From Eledone cirrhosa (taxonomy: Eukaryota), in the NCBI GenBank assembly GCA_964016885.1, contig OZ024743.1:137392001-137456000 (forward strand): a stretch of 64,000 nt of DNA, read 5' to 3'. Shown here piece after piece: positions 26,101 to 37,800 of this stretch. Each line of letters starts with the position of its first letter. Position 1 is the stretch's first letter. The notes below the pieces were generated by a model. That model was given only the letters and a program-made list of their open reading frames with translations, made no database searches and was not told where the DNA came from. The position numbers were made by a program, and so were the translations under genes.

Positions 26101-27429
26101 GCTTGGTGTTTGGTGTTTGGTGCTTGGTGTTTGGTGCTGGGTGCTTGGTGCTTGGTGTTTGGTGCTGGGTGCTTGGTGTTTGGTGCTTGGTGCTTGGTGC
26201 TTGGTGTTTTGTGTTTGGAGCTTGGTGCTTGGTGTTTGGTGCTTCGGTCTTCATGCTTGGTGTTTCTTGCTTGGTGCTTGGTGTTTGGTGCTTGGTGCCT
26301 GGTGCTTGGTGTTTGGTGTTTGCTGATTGGTGTCTGCTTTTTGGTGTTTGGTGTTTTGTGCTTGGTGCCTGGTGTTTGGCATTTGGTGCTTGGTGCTTGG
26401 TGTTTGGTGCTTGGTGCTTGGATTTTGGTGTTTCGTGCTTGGTACCTGGTGCTTGTTGTTTGGTGTTTGGTGCTTGGTGCTTGGTGCTTGGTGTTTGGTG
26501 CCTGGTGTCTGGTGTTTGGTGCTTGGTGTTTGGTTTTTGGTGGTTGGTGCTTGGTGTTTGGTGTTTGGTGCTGGGTGCTTGGAGTTTGGTGCTTGGTGCT
26601 TGGTGCTTAGTGCTTGGTGTTTGGTGTTTGGTGCTTGGTGTTTGGTGTTTGGTGTTTGATGCTTGGTGTGTGCTGCTTGGTACTTGGTGCTTGGTGTTTT
26701 GTGTTTGGTGTTTGGTGCTTGGTGCCTGGTTCTTGGTGCTTGGTGCTTGTTGTTTGGTGCTTGGTGCTTGGTGATTAGTGTTTTGTGCTTGGTGCTTGGG
26801 GTTTGCTGTTTGGTACTTGGTGTTTGGTGCTTGGTGCTTGGTGTTTGGTGTTTGGTGTTTGGTGCTTGGTGTCTGGTGTTTGGTGTTTGGTGTTTGGTGC
26901 TTGGTGCTTGGTGTTTGGGTTTTGGTGCTTGGTTGTTGGTGTTTGGTGTTTGGTGCTTGGTGTTTGGTGTTTGGTGCTTGGTGTTTGGTGCTGGATGCTT
27001 GGTGCTTGGTGTTTGGTGCTGGGTGCTTGGTGTTTGGTGCTTGGTGCTTGGTGCTTGGTGCTTGGTGTTTGGTGTTTGGTACTTGGTGCTTGGTGTTTGG
27101 TGTTTGATGCTTGGTGTGTGCTGCTTGGTGCTTGATGCTTGGTGTTTTGTGTTTGGTGTTTGGTGCTTGGTGCCTGGTTCTTGGTGCTTGGTGCTTGTTG
27201 TTTGGTGCTTGGTGCTTGGTGTTTGGTGCTTGGTGCTTGGTGTTTGGTGTTTGGTGTTTGGTCCTTGGTGTCTGGTGTTTGGTGTTTGGTGTTTGGTGCT
27301 TGGTGCTTGGTGTTTGGGTTTTGGTGCTTGGTTGTTGGTGTTTGGTGTTTGGTGCTTGGTGTTTGGTGTTTGGTGCTTGGTGTTTGGTGCTTGGTGCTTG
27401 GTGTTTGGTGTTGGTTCTTGGTGTTTGGT

Positions 27430-30400
27430 GATTGGTGCTTGGTGCTTGGTGTTTGGTGCTTGGTGCTTGGTGTTTGGTACTTGGTGCTTGGTGTTTGGTG
27501 TTTGGTGCTTGGTGTTTGGTGCTTGGTGCTTGGTGCTTGGTGTTAAGTGTTTGGTGCTTGGTGCTTGGTCTTTGGTGCTTCGTGCTTGGTGCTTGGTGTT
27601 TGGTGCATGGTGCTTGGTGTTTGGTGCTTGGTGCCTGGTGCTTGGTGTCTGGTGCTTGGTGATTGGTGCTTGGTGTTTGGTGCTTGGTGTTCGGTGCTTG
27701 GTGCTTGGTGTTTGGTGCTTGCTGTTTGGTGCTTGGTGTTCGGTGCTTGGTGCTTGGTGCTTGGTGCTTGGTGTTAGGTGTTTGGTGCTTGGTGCTTGGT
27801 GTTTGGTGTTTGGTGCTTGCTGCTTGCTGCTTGGTGTTTGGTGCTTGGTGATTGGTGCTTGGTGTTTGGTGTTTGGTGTTTGGTGTTTGGTGCTTTGTGT
27901 TTGGTGCTTGGTGCTTGGTGCTTGGTGTTAAGTGTTTGGTGCTTGGTGCTTGGTGTTAGGTGCTTCGTGCTTGGTGCTTGGTGTTTGGTGCATGGTGCTT
28001 GGTGTTTGGTGCTTGGTGCCTGGTCCTTGGTTGTTTGGTTCTTGGTGTTTGGTGCTTGGTGCTTGGTGCTTGGTGTTCGGTGCTTTGTGCTTGGTGCTTG
28101 GTGCTTGGTGCTTGGTGTTTGATGTTTGGTCCTTGGTGCTTGGTGTTTGGTGTTTTGTGCTTGGTGCTTGGTGCTTGGTGTTTGGTGCTTGGTGCTTGGT
28201 GCTTGGTGTTTGGCGTTTGCTGTTTGCTGTTTGCTGTTTGATGTTTGCTGTTTGGTGCTTGCTGTTTGGTGCTTGGTGCTTGGTGTTTGGTGTTTGGTGT
28301 TTGGTGCCTGGTGCTTGGTGTTTGGTGCTTGGTGTTTGGTGCTTGGTGCTTGGTGTCTGGTCCTTGGTGCTTGGTGCTTGGTCTTTGGTGCTTGGGGTTT
28401 GGTGTTTGGTGCTTGGTGCTTGGTGTTTGGTGCTTGCTGCTTGGTGATTAGTGTTTGGTGATTGGTGCTTGGGGTTTGGTGTTTGGTGCTTGGTGTTTGG
28501 TGCTTGGTGCTTGCTGTTTGGTGTTTGGTGTTTGGTTCTTGGTGCTTGGTGTTTGGTGTTTGGTGTTTGGTGCTTGGTGCCTGGTGCTTGGTGTTTGGTG
28601 TTTGCTGTTTGGTGTCTGCTTTTTGGTGTTTGGTGTTTTGTGCTTGGTGCCTGGTGTTTGGCATTTGGTGCTTGGTGCTTGGTGTTTGGTGCTTGGTGCT
28701 TGGTTTTTGGTGTTTGGTGCTTGGTACCTGGTGCTTGTTGTTTGGTGTTTGGTGCTTGGTGCTTGGTGCTTGGTGTTTGGTGCCTGGTGTCTGGTGTTTG
28801 GTGCTTGGTGTTTGGTGTTTGGTGGTTGGTGCTTGGTGTTTGGTGTTTGGTGCTGGGTGCTTGGAGTTTGGTGCTTGGTGCTTGGTGCTTAGTGCTTGGT
28901 GCTTGGTGTTTGGTGCTTGGTGTTTGGTGTTTGGTGTTTGATGCTTGGTGTGTGCTGCTTGGTGCTTGGTGCTTGGTGTTTTGTGTTTGGTGTTTGGTTC
29001 TTGGTGCTTGGTGGTTGGTGCTTGGTGCTTGGTGCTGGGTGATTTGCGTTTGGTGCTTGGTGCTTGGTGTTTGGTGCTTGGTGCTTGGTGCTTGGTGTTT
29101 GTTGCTTGGTGCTTGGTGCTTGGTCTTTGGTGCTTGGTGTTTGGTGTCTGGTGCTTGGTGCTTGGTGTTTGGTGCTTGGTGCTGGGTGATTAGTGTTTGG
29201 TGCTTGGTGCTTGGGGTTTGGTGTTTGGTGCTTGGTGCTTGGTGTTTAGTGCTTGGTGCTTGGTGCTTGGTGCTTGGTGTTTGGTGTTTTCTGTTTGGTG
29301 TTTGGTGTTTGGTGTTTGGTGTTTGCTGTTTGGTGTCTGCATTTTGGTGTTTGGTGTTTGCTGTATGGTGTTTGCTGTTTCATGTATGGAGTTTGCTGTT
29401 TGCTGTTTGGTGTTTCCTGTTTGCTGTTTGGTGTTTGGTGCTTGGTGCCTGGTGTTTGGTGTTTGGTGCTTGGTGCTTGGTGTTTGGTGCTTAGTGCTTG
29501 GTGTTTGGTGTTTGGTGCTTGGTGCCTGGTGCTTGATGTTTGGTGTTTGGTGCTTGGTGCTTGATGTTTGGTGTTTGGTGCTTGGTGTCTGGTGTTTGGT
29601 GCTTGGTGTTTGGTGTTTGGTGCTTGGTGCTTGGTGTTTGGTGTTTGGTGCTTGGTGCTTGGTGTTTGGTGTTTGGTGCTTGGTGTTTGGTGTTTGGTGC
29701 TTGGTACTTGGTGTTTGGTGCTTGGTGCTTGGTGCTTGGTGCTTGGTGCTTGGTGTTTGGTACTTGGTGCTTGGTGTTTGGTGTTTGGTGCTTGGTGTTT
29801 GGTGCTTGGTGCTTGGTGCTTGGTGTTAAGTGTTTGGTGCTTGGTGCTTGGTCTTTGGTGCTTCGTGCTTGGTGCTTGGTGTTTGGTGCATGGTGCTTGG
29901 TGTTTGGTGCTTGGTGCCTGGTGCTTGGTGTCTGGTGCTTGGTGATTGGTGCTTGGTGTTTGGTGCTTGGTGTTCGGTGCTTGGTGCTTGGTGTTTGGTG
30001 CTTGCTGTTTGGTGCTTGGTGTTCGGTGCTTGGTGCTTGGTGCTTGGTGCTTGGTGTTAGGTGTTTGGTGCTTGGTGCTTGGTGCTTGGTGTTTGGTGCT
30101 TGCTGCTTGCTGCTTGGTGTTTGGTGCTTGGTGATTGGTGCTTGGTGTTTGGTGTTTGGTGTTTGGTGTTTGGTGCTTTGTGTTTGGTGCTTGGTGCTTG
30201 GTGCTTGGTTTTAAGTGTTTGGTGCTTGGTGCTTGGTGTTAGGTGCTTCGTGCTTGGTGCTTGGTGTTTGGTGCATGGTGCTTGGTGTTTGGTGCTTGGT
30301 GCCTGGTCCTTGGTTGTTTGGTTCTTGGTGTTTGGTGCTTGGTGCTTGGTGCTTGGTGTTCGGTGCTTTGTGCTTGGTGCTTGGTGCTTGGTGCTTGGTG

Positions 30401-33400
30401 TTTGATGTTTGGTCCTTGGTGCTTGGTGTTTGGTGTTTTGTGCTTGGTGCTTGGTGCTTGGTGTTTGGTGCTTGGTGCTTGGTGCTTGGTGTTTGGCGTT
30501 TGCTGTTTGCTGTTTGCTGTTTGATGTTTGCTGTTTGGTGTTTGCTGTTTGGTGTTTGGTGTTTGGTGCTTGCTGTTTGGTGCTTGGTGCTTGGTGTTTG
30601 GTGTTTGGTGTTTGGTGCCTGGTGCTTGGTGTTTGGTGCTTGGTGTTTGGTGCTTGGTGCTTGGTGTCTGGTCCTTGGTGCTTGGTGCTTGGTCTGTGGT
30701 GCTTGGGGTTTGGTGTTTGGTGCTTGGTGCTTGGTGTTTGGTGCTTGCTGCTTGGTGATTAGTGTTTGGTGATTGGTGCTTGGGGTTTGGTGTTTGGTGC
30801 TTGGTGTTTGGTGCTTGGTACTTGCTGTTTGGTGTTTGGTGTTTGGTTCTTGGTGCTTGGTGTTTGGTGTTTGGTGTTTGGTGCTTGGTGCCTGGTGCTT
30901 GGTGTTTGGTGTTTGCTGTTTGGTGTCTGCTTTTTGGTGTTTGGTGTTTTGTGCTTGGTGCCTGGTGTTTGGCATTTGGTGCTTGGTGCTTGGTGTTTGG
31001 TGCTTGGTGCTTGGTTTTTGGTGTTTGGTGCTTGGTACCTGGTGCTTGTTGTTTGGTGTTTGGTGCTTGGTGCTTGGTGCTTGGTGTTTGGTGCTTGGTG
31101 TCTGGTGTTTGGTGCTTGGTGTTTGGTGTTTGGTGGTTGGTGCTTGGTGTTTGGTGTTTGGTGCTGGGTGCTTGGAGTTTGGTGCTTGGTGCTTGGTGCT
31201 TAGTGCTTGGTGCTTGGTGTTTGGTGCTTGGTGTTTGGTGTTTGGTGTTTGATGCTTGGTGTGTGCTGCTTGGTGCTTGGTGCTTGGTGTTTTGTGTTTG
31301 GTGTTTGGTTCTTGGTGCTTGGTGGTTGGTGCTTGGTGCTTGGTGCTGGGTGGTTTGCGTTTGGTGCTTGGTGCTTGGTGCTTGGTGTTTGTTGCTTGGT
31401 GCTTGGTGCTTGGTCTTTGGTGCTTGGTGTTTGGTGTCTGGTGCTTGGTGCTTGGTGTTTGGTGCTTGGTGCTGGGTGATTAGTGTTTGGTGCTTGGTGC
31501 TTGGGGTTTGGTGTTTGGTGCTTGGTGCTTGGTGTTTAGTGCTTGGTGCTTGGTGTTTGGTGCTTGGTGTTTGGTGTTTTCTGTTTGGTGTTTGGTGTTT
31601 GGTGTTTGGTGTTTGCTGTTTGGTGTCTGCTTTTTGGTGTTTGGTGTTTGCTGTATGGTGTTTGCTGTTTCATGTATGGAGTTTGCTGTTTGCTGTTTGG
31701 TGTTTCCTGTTTGCTGTTTGGTGTTTGGTGCTTGGTGCTTGGTGTTTGGTGTTTGGTGCTTGGTGCTTGGTGTTTGGTGCTTAGTGCTTGGTGTTTGGTG
31801 TTTGGTGCTTGGTGCCTGGTGCTTGATGTTTGGTGTTTGGTGCTTGGTGCTTGATGTTTGGTGTTTGGTGCTTGGTGTCTGGTGTTTGGTGCTTGGTGTT
31901 TGGTGTTTGGTGCTTGGTGCTTGGTGTTTGGTGTTTGGTGCTTGGTGCTTGGTGTTTGGTGTTTGGTGCTTGGTGTTTGGTGTTTGGTGCTTGGTACTTG
32001 GTGTTTGGTGCTTGGTGCTTGGTGCTTGGTGCTTGGTGCTTGGTGTTTGGTACTTGGTGCTTGGTGTTTGGTGTTTGGTGCTTGGTGTTTGGTGCTTGGT
32101 GCTTGGTGCTTGGTGTTAAGTGTTTGGTGCTTGGTGCTTGGTCTTTGGTGCTTCGTGCTTGGTGCTTGGTGTTTGGTGCATGGTGCTTGGTGTTTGGTGC
32201 TTGGTGCCTGGTGCTTGGTGTCTGGTGCTTGGTGATTGGTGCTTGGTGTTTGGTGCTTGGTGTTCGGTGCTTGGTGCTTGGTGTTTGGTGCTTGCTGTTT
32301 GGTGCTTGGTGTTCGGTGCTTGGTGCTTGGTGCTTGGTGCTTGGTGTTAGGTGTTTGGTGCTTGGTGCTTGGTGTTTGGTGTTTGGTGCTTGCTGCTTGC
32401 TGCTTGGTGTTTGGTGCTTGGTGATTGGTGCTTGGTGTTTGGTGTTTGGTGTTTGGTGTTTGGTGCTTTGTGTTTGGTGCTTGGTGCTTGGTGCTTGGTT
32501 TTAAGTGTTTGGTGCTTGGTGCTTGGTGTTAGGTGCTTCGTGCTTGGTGCTTGGTGTTTGGTGCATGGTGCTTGGTGTTTGGTGCTTGGTGCCTGGTCCT
32601 TGGTTGTTTGGTTCTTGGTGTTTGGTGCTTGGTGCTTGGTGCTTGGTGTTCGGTGCTTTGTGCTTGGTGCTTGGTGCTTGGTGCTTGGTGTTTGATGTTT
32701 GGTCCTTGGTGCTTGGTGTTTGGTGTTTTGTGCTTGGTGCTTGGTGCTTGGTGTTTGGTGCTTGGTGCTTGGTGCTTGGTGTTTGGCGTTTGCTGTTTGC
32801 TGTTTGCTGTTTGATGTTTGCTGTTTGGTGTTTGCTGTTTGGTGTTTGGTGTTTGGTGCTTGCTGTTTGGTGCTTGGTGCTTGGTGTTTGGTGTTTGGTG
32901 TTTGGTGCCTGGTGCTTGGTGTTTGGTGCTTGGTGTTTGGTGCTTGGTGCTTGGTGTCTGGTCCTTGGTGCTTGGTGCTTGGTCTGTGGTGCTTGGGGTT
33001 TGGTGTTTGGTGCTTGGTGCTTGGTGTTTGGTGCTTGCTGCTTGGTGATTAGTGTTTGGTGATTGGTGCTTGGGGTTTGGTGTTTGGTGTTTGGTGTTTG
33101 GTGCTTGGTACTTGCTGTTTGGTGTTTGGTGTTTGGTTCTTGGTGCTTGGTGTTTGGTGTTTGGTGTTTGGTGCTTGGTGCCTGGTGCTTGGTGTTTGGT
33201 GTTTGCTGTTTGGTGTCTGCTTTTTGGTGTTTGGTGTTTTGTGCTTGGTGCCTGGTGTTTGGCATTTGGTGCTTGGTGCTTGGTGTTTGGTGCTTGGTGC
33301 TTGGTTTTTGGTGTTTGGTGCTTGGTACCTGGTGCTTGTTGTTTGGTGTTTGGTGCTTGGTGCTTGGTGCTTGGTGTTTGGTGCTTGGTGTCTGGTGTTT

Positions 33401-34330
33401 GGTGCTTGGTGTTTGGTGTTTGGTGGTTGGTGCTTGGTGTTTGGTGTTTGGTGCTGGGTGCTTGGAGTTTGGTGCTTGGTGCTTGGTGCTTAGTGCTTGG
33501 TGCTTGGTGTTTGGTGCTTGGTGTTTGGTGTTTGGTGTTTGATGCTTGGTGTGTGCTGCTTGGTGCTTGGTGCTTGGTGTTTTGTGTTTGGTGTTTGGTT
33601 CTTGGTGCTTGGTGGTTGGTGCTTGGTGCTTGGTGCTGGGTGGTTTGCGTTTGGTGCTTGGTGCTTGGTGTTTGGTGCTTGGTGCTTGGTGCTTGGTGTT
33701 TGTTGCTTGGTGCTTGGTGCTTGGTCTTTGGTGCTTGGTGTTTGGTGTCTGGTGCTTGGTGCTTGGTGTTTGGTGCTTGGTGCTGGGTGATTAGTGTTTG
33801 GTGCTTGGTGCTTGGGGTTTGGTGTTTGGTGCTTGGTGCTTGGTGTTTAGTGCTTGGTGCTTGGTGTTTGGTGCTTGGTGTTTGGTGTTTTCTGTTTGGT
33901 GTTTGGTGTTTGGTGTTTGGTGTTTGCTGTTTGGTGTCTGCTTTTTGGTGTTTGGTGTTTACTGTATGGTGTTTGCTGTTTCATGTATGGAGTTTGCTGT
34001 TTGCTGTTTGGTGTTTCCTGTTTGCTGTTTGGTGTTTGGTGCTTGGTGCTTGGTGTTTGGTGTTTGGTGCTTGGTGCTTGGTGTTTGGTGCTTAGTGCTT
34101 GGTGTTTGGTGTTTGGTGCTTGGTGCCTGGTGCTTGATGTTTGGTGTTTGGTGCTTGGTGCTTGATGTTTGGTGTTTGGTGCTTGGTGTCTGGTGTTTGG
34201 TGCTTGGTGTTTGGTGTTTGGTGCTTGGTGCTTGGTGTTTGGTGTTTGGTGCTTGGTGCTTGGTGTTTGGTGTTTGGTGCTTGGTGTTTGGTGTTTGGTG
34301 CTTGGTACTTGGTGTTTGGTGCTTGGTGCT
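27430..34330. repeat. ~2.3-kb higher-order repeat, about 3 tandem copies
   Basis: ORF triplets 27547/29830/32120, 28451/30762/33052 and 29197/31487/33798 (offsets 2283-2311). KpnI GGTACC sites at 28723, 31034 and 33324. Confidence 0.9.
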
Positions 34331-34829
34331 TGGTGCTTGGTGTTTGGTGTTTGGTGCTTGGTGCTTGGTGTTTGGTGTTTGGTGTTTGATGTTTGGTGTT
34401 TGATGCTTGGTGTTTGGTGTTTGGTGTTTGGTGCTTGGTGCTTGTTGTTTGGTGCTTGGTGCTTGGTGTTTGGTGCTTCGTGCTTGGTGCTTGGTGCTTG
34501 GTGTTTGGTGTTTGGTGTTTGATCTTTGGTGCTTGGTGCTTGGTGTTTGGTGTTTGGTGCTTGGTGCTTGGTGTTTGGTGTTTGATGCTTTGTGTTTGAT
34601 GCTTGGTGCTTGGTGTTTGGTGCTTGGTGTTTGGTGCTTGGTGCTTGATGCTTGGTGTTTGGTGCTTGGTGTTTGGTGCTTGGTGCTTGGTGCTTTGTGT
34701 TTGGTGTTTGCTGTTTGCTGTTTGGTGTTTGGTGTTTGCTGTTTGGTGTTTGCTGTTTGGTGTTTGGTGTTTGGTGCTTGCTGTTTGGTGCTTGGTGTTT
34801 GGTGCTTGGTGCTTGGTATTTTGTGTTTG

Positions 34830-37800
34830 GTGCTTGGTGCTTGGGGCTTGGTGTTTGGTGCTTGGTGCTTGGTGCTTGGTGCTTGGTGTTTGGTGTTTGG
34901 TGCTTGGTGTTTGGTGCTTGGTGCTTGGTGCTTGGTGTTAGGTGTTTGGTGCTTGGTGCTTGGTGTTTTATGCTTGGTGCTTGGTGTTTGGTGCTTGGTG
35001 CTTGGTGTTTGGTGCTTGGTGCTTGGTGTTTCGTGTTTGGTGCTTGGTGCTTGGTGTTAGGTGTTTGGTGCTTGGTGCTTGGTGTTTGGTGTTTGGTCCT
35101 TGGTGCTTGGTGTTTGGTGCTTTGTGCTTGGTGTTTGTTGTTTGGTGCTTTCTGCTTGCTGCTTTGTGTTTGCTGCTTGGTGCTTGGTGTTTGGTGCTTG
35201 TTGCTTGGTGTTTGGTGTTTGGTGTTTGATGCTTGGTGTTTGATGCTTCGTGTTTGATGCTTGGTGCTTGGTGCTGGGTGTTTGGTCCTTGGTGCTTGGT
35301 GTTTGTACTTGGTGCTTGGTGCTTGGTGTTTGGTGCTTGGTTCTTGGTGTTTGGTGCTTGGTGTTTGGTGCTTGGTGCTTCGTGGTTGGTGTTAGGTGTT
35401 TGGTGCTTGGTGCTTGGTGTTTTGTCCTTCGTGCTTGGTGCTTGGTGTTTGGTGCTTGGTGCTTGGTGTTAGGTGTTTGGTGCTTGGGGCTTGGTGTTTG
35501 GTGCTTGGTGCTACTGCTTGGTGTTTGGTGCTTGGTGATTGCTGCTTGGTGTTTGGTGCTTGGTGTTTGGTGTTTGGTGTTTGGTGCTTGGGGCTTGGTG
35601 TTTGGTGCTTGGTGCTTGGTGCTTGGTGTTTGATGCTTGGTGTTTGGTGTTTGGTGTTTGGTGCTTGGTGCTTGGTGTTTGGTGCTTGGTGCTTGGTGCT
35701 GGGTGGTTGGTGTTTGGTGCTTGGTGCTTGGTGTTTGGTGCTTGGTGCTTGGTGTTTGGTTCTTGGTGCTTGGTGCTTGGTCCTTGGTGTTTGGTGTTTA
35801 GTGCTTGGTGCTTGGTGCTTGGTGTTTAGTGCTTGGTGCTTGGTGCTTGGTGTTTAGTGCTTAGTGCTTGGTGCATTGTGATTAGAGTTTGGTGCTTGGT
35901 GCTTGGGGTTTGGTGTTTGGTGCTTGGTGCTTGGTGTTTGGTGCTTGGAACTTGGTGTTTGGTGCTTGGTGTTTGCTGTTTGCTGTTTAGTGTTTGGTGT
36001 TTGGTGTTTGGGGTTTGCTGTTTGGTGTCTGCTTTTTGGTGTTTGGTGTTTGCTCTATGATATTTGCTGTTTCATGTTTGGTGTTTGCTGTTTGGTGTTT
36101 GCTGTTTGGTGTTTGGTGTTTGGTGCTTGGTGTTTGGTGTTTGGTGCTTGGTGCTTGGTGTTTGGTGCTTGGTGCTTGGTGCCTGGTGCTTGTTGTTTGG
36201 TGATTGGTGGTTGGTGTTTGCTGTTTGCTGTTTGGTGTTTGGTGTTTGGTGTTTGCTGTTTGGTGCTTGGTGCTTGGTGTTTGGTGCTTGGTGCTTGGTG
36301 CTGGGTGGTTGGTGTTTGGTGCTTGGTGCTTGGTGTTTGGTGCTTGCTGCTTGCTGTTTGGTTCTTGGTGCTTGGTGCTTTGTCCTTGGTGTTTGGTCTT
36401 TAGTGCTTTGTGCTTGGTGCTTGGTGTTTAGTGCTTGGTGCTTGGTGCATTGTGATTAGTGTTTGGTGCTTGGTGCTTGGGGATTGGTGTTTGGTGCTTG
36501 GTGCTTGGTGTTTGGTGCTTGGAACTTGGTGTTTGGTGCTTGGTGTTTGCTGTTTGGTGTCTGCTTTTTGGTGTTTGGTGTTTGCTGTTTCATGTTTGGT
36601 GTTTGCTGTTTGGTGTTTGGTGCTTGGTGTTTGGTGTTTGGTGCTTGGTGCTTGGTGTTTGGTGTTTGATGCTTGGTGCTTGGTGCTTGGTGTTTGGTGC
36701 TTGGTGCCTGGTGCTTGTTGTTTGGTGCTTGGTGTTTGGTGTTTGGTGTTTGGTGCTTGGAGCTTGGTGCTTGGTGCTTGGTGCTTGGTGTTTGGTGCTT
36801 GGTGATTGGTGCTTGGTGTTTGGTGCTGGGTGCTTGGTGTTTGGTGCTTGGTGCTTGGTGCTTGGTATTTGGTGTTTGGTGTTTGATGCTTGGTGTTTGA
36901 TGCTTGCTGCTTCGTGCTTGGTGCTTGATGCTTGCTGTTTGTACTTGGTGCTTGGGTTTTTTGTGCTTGGTTCTTGGTGTTTGGTGCTTGGTGTTTGGTG
37001 TTTGGTGCTTGGTGTTTGGTGCTTGGTGTTTGGTGTTTGGTGCTTGGTGTTTGGTGCTTGGTGCTTGGTGCTTGGTGTTAGGTGTTTGGTGCTTCATGCT
37101 TGGTGCTTGGTGTTTGGTGCTTGGTGCTTGGTGTTTGGTGCTTGGTGCCTGGTGCAAGGTGTTTGTTGCTTGGTGCTTGGTGTTTGGTGTTTGGTGCTTG
37201 GTGCTTGGGGCTTGGTGTTTGGTGCTTGGTGCTTGGTGCCTGGTGCTTGGTGTTTGGTGTTTGGTGCTTGGTGTTTGGTGCTTGGTGCTTGGTGCTTGGT
37301 GTTAGGTGTTTGGTGCTTGGTGCTTGGTGTTTTATGCTTGGTGCTTGGTTTGTGGTGCTTGGTGCTTGGTGTTTGGTGCTTGGTGCTTGGTGTTTCGTGT
37401 TTGGTGCTTGGTGCTTGGTGTTAGGTGTTTGGTGCTTGGTGCTTGGTGTTTGGTGTTTGGTCCTTGGTGCTTGGTGTTTGGTGCTTTGTGCTTGGTGTTT
37501 GTTGTTTGGTGCTTTCTGCTTGCTGCTTGGTGTTTGCTGCTTGGTGCTTGGTGTTTGGTGCTTGTTGCTTGGTGTTTGGTGTTTGGTGTTTGATGCTTGG
37601 TGTTTGATGCTTCGTGTTTGATGCTTGGTGCTTGGTGCTGGGTGTTTGGTGCTTGGTGCTTGGTGTTTGGTGCTTGGTTCTTGGTGTTTGGTGCTTGGTG
37701 TTTGGTGCTTGGTGCTTGGTGTTTGGTGTTTGGTGCTTGGTGTTTGGTGCTTGGTGCTTGGGGCTTGGTGTTTGGCGCTTGGTGCTTGGTGTTTGGTGCT

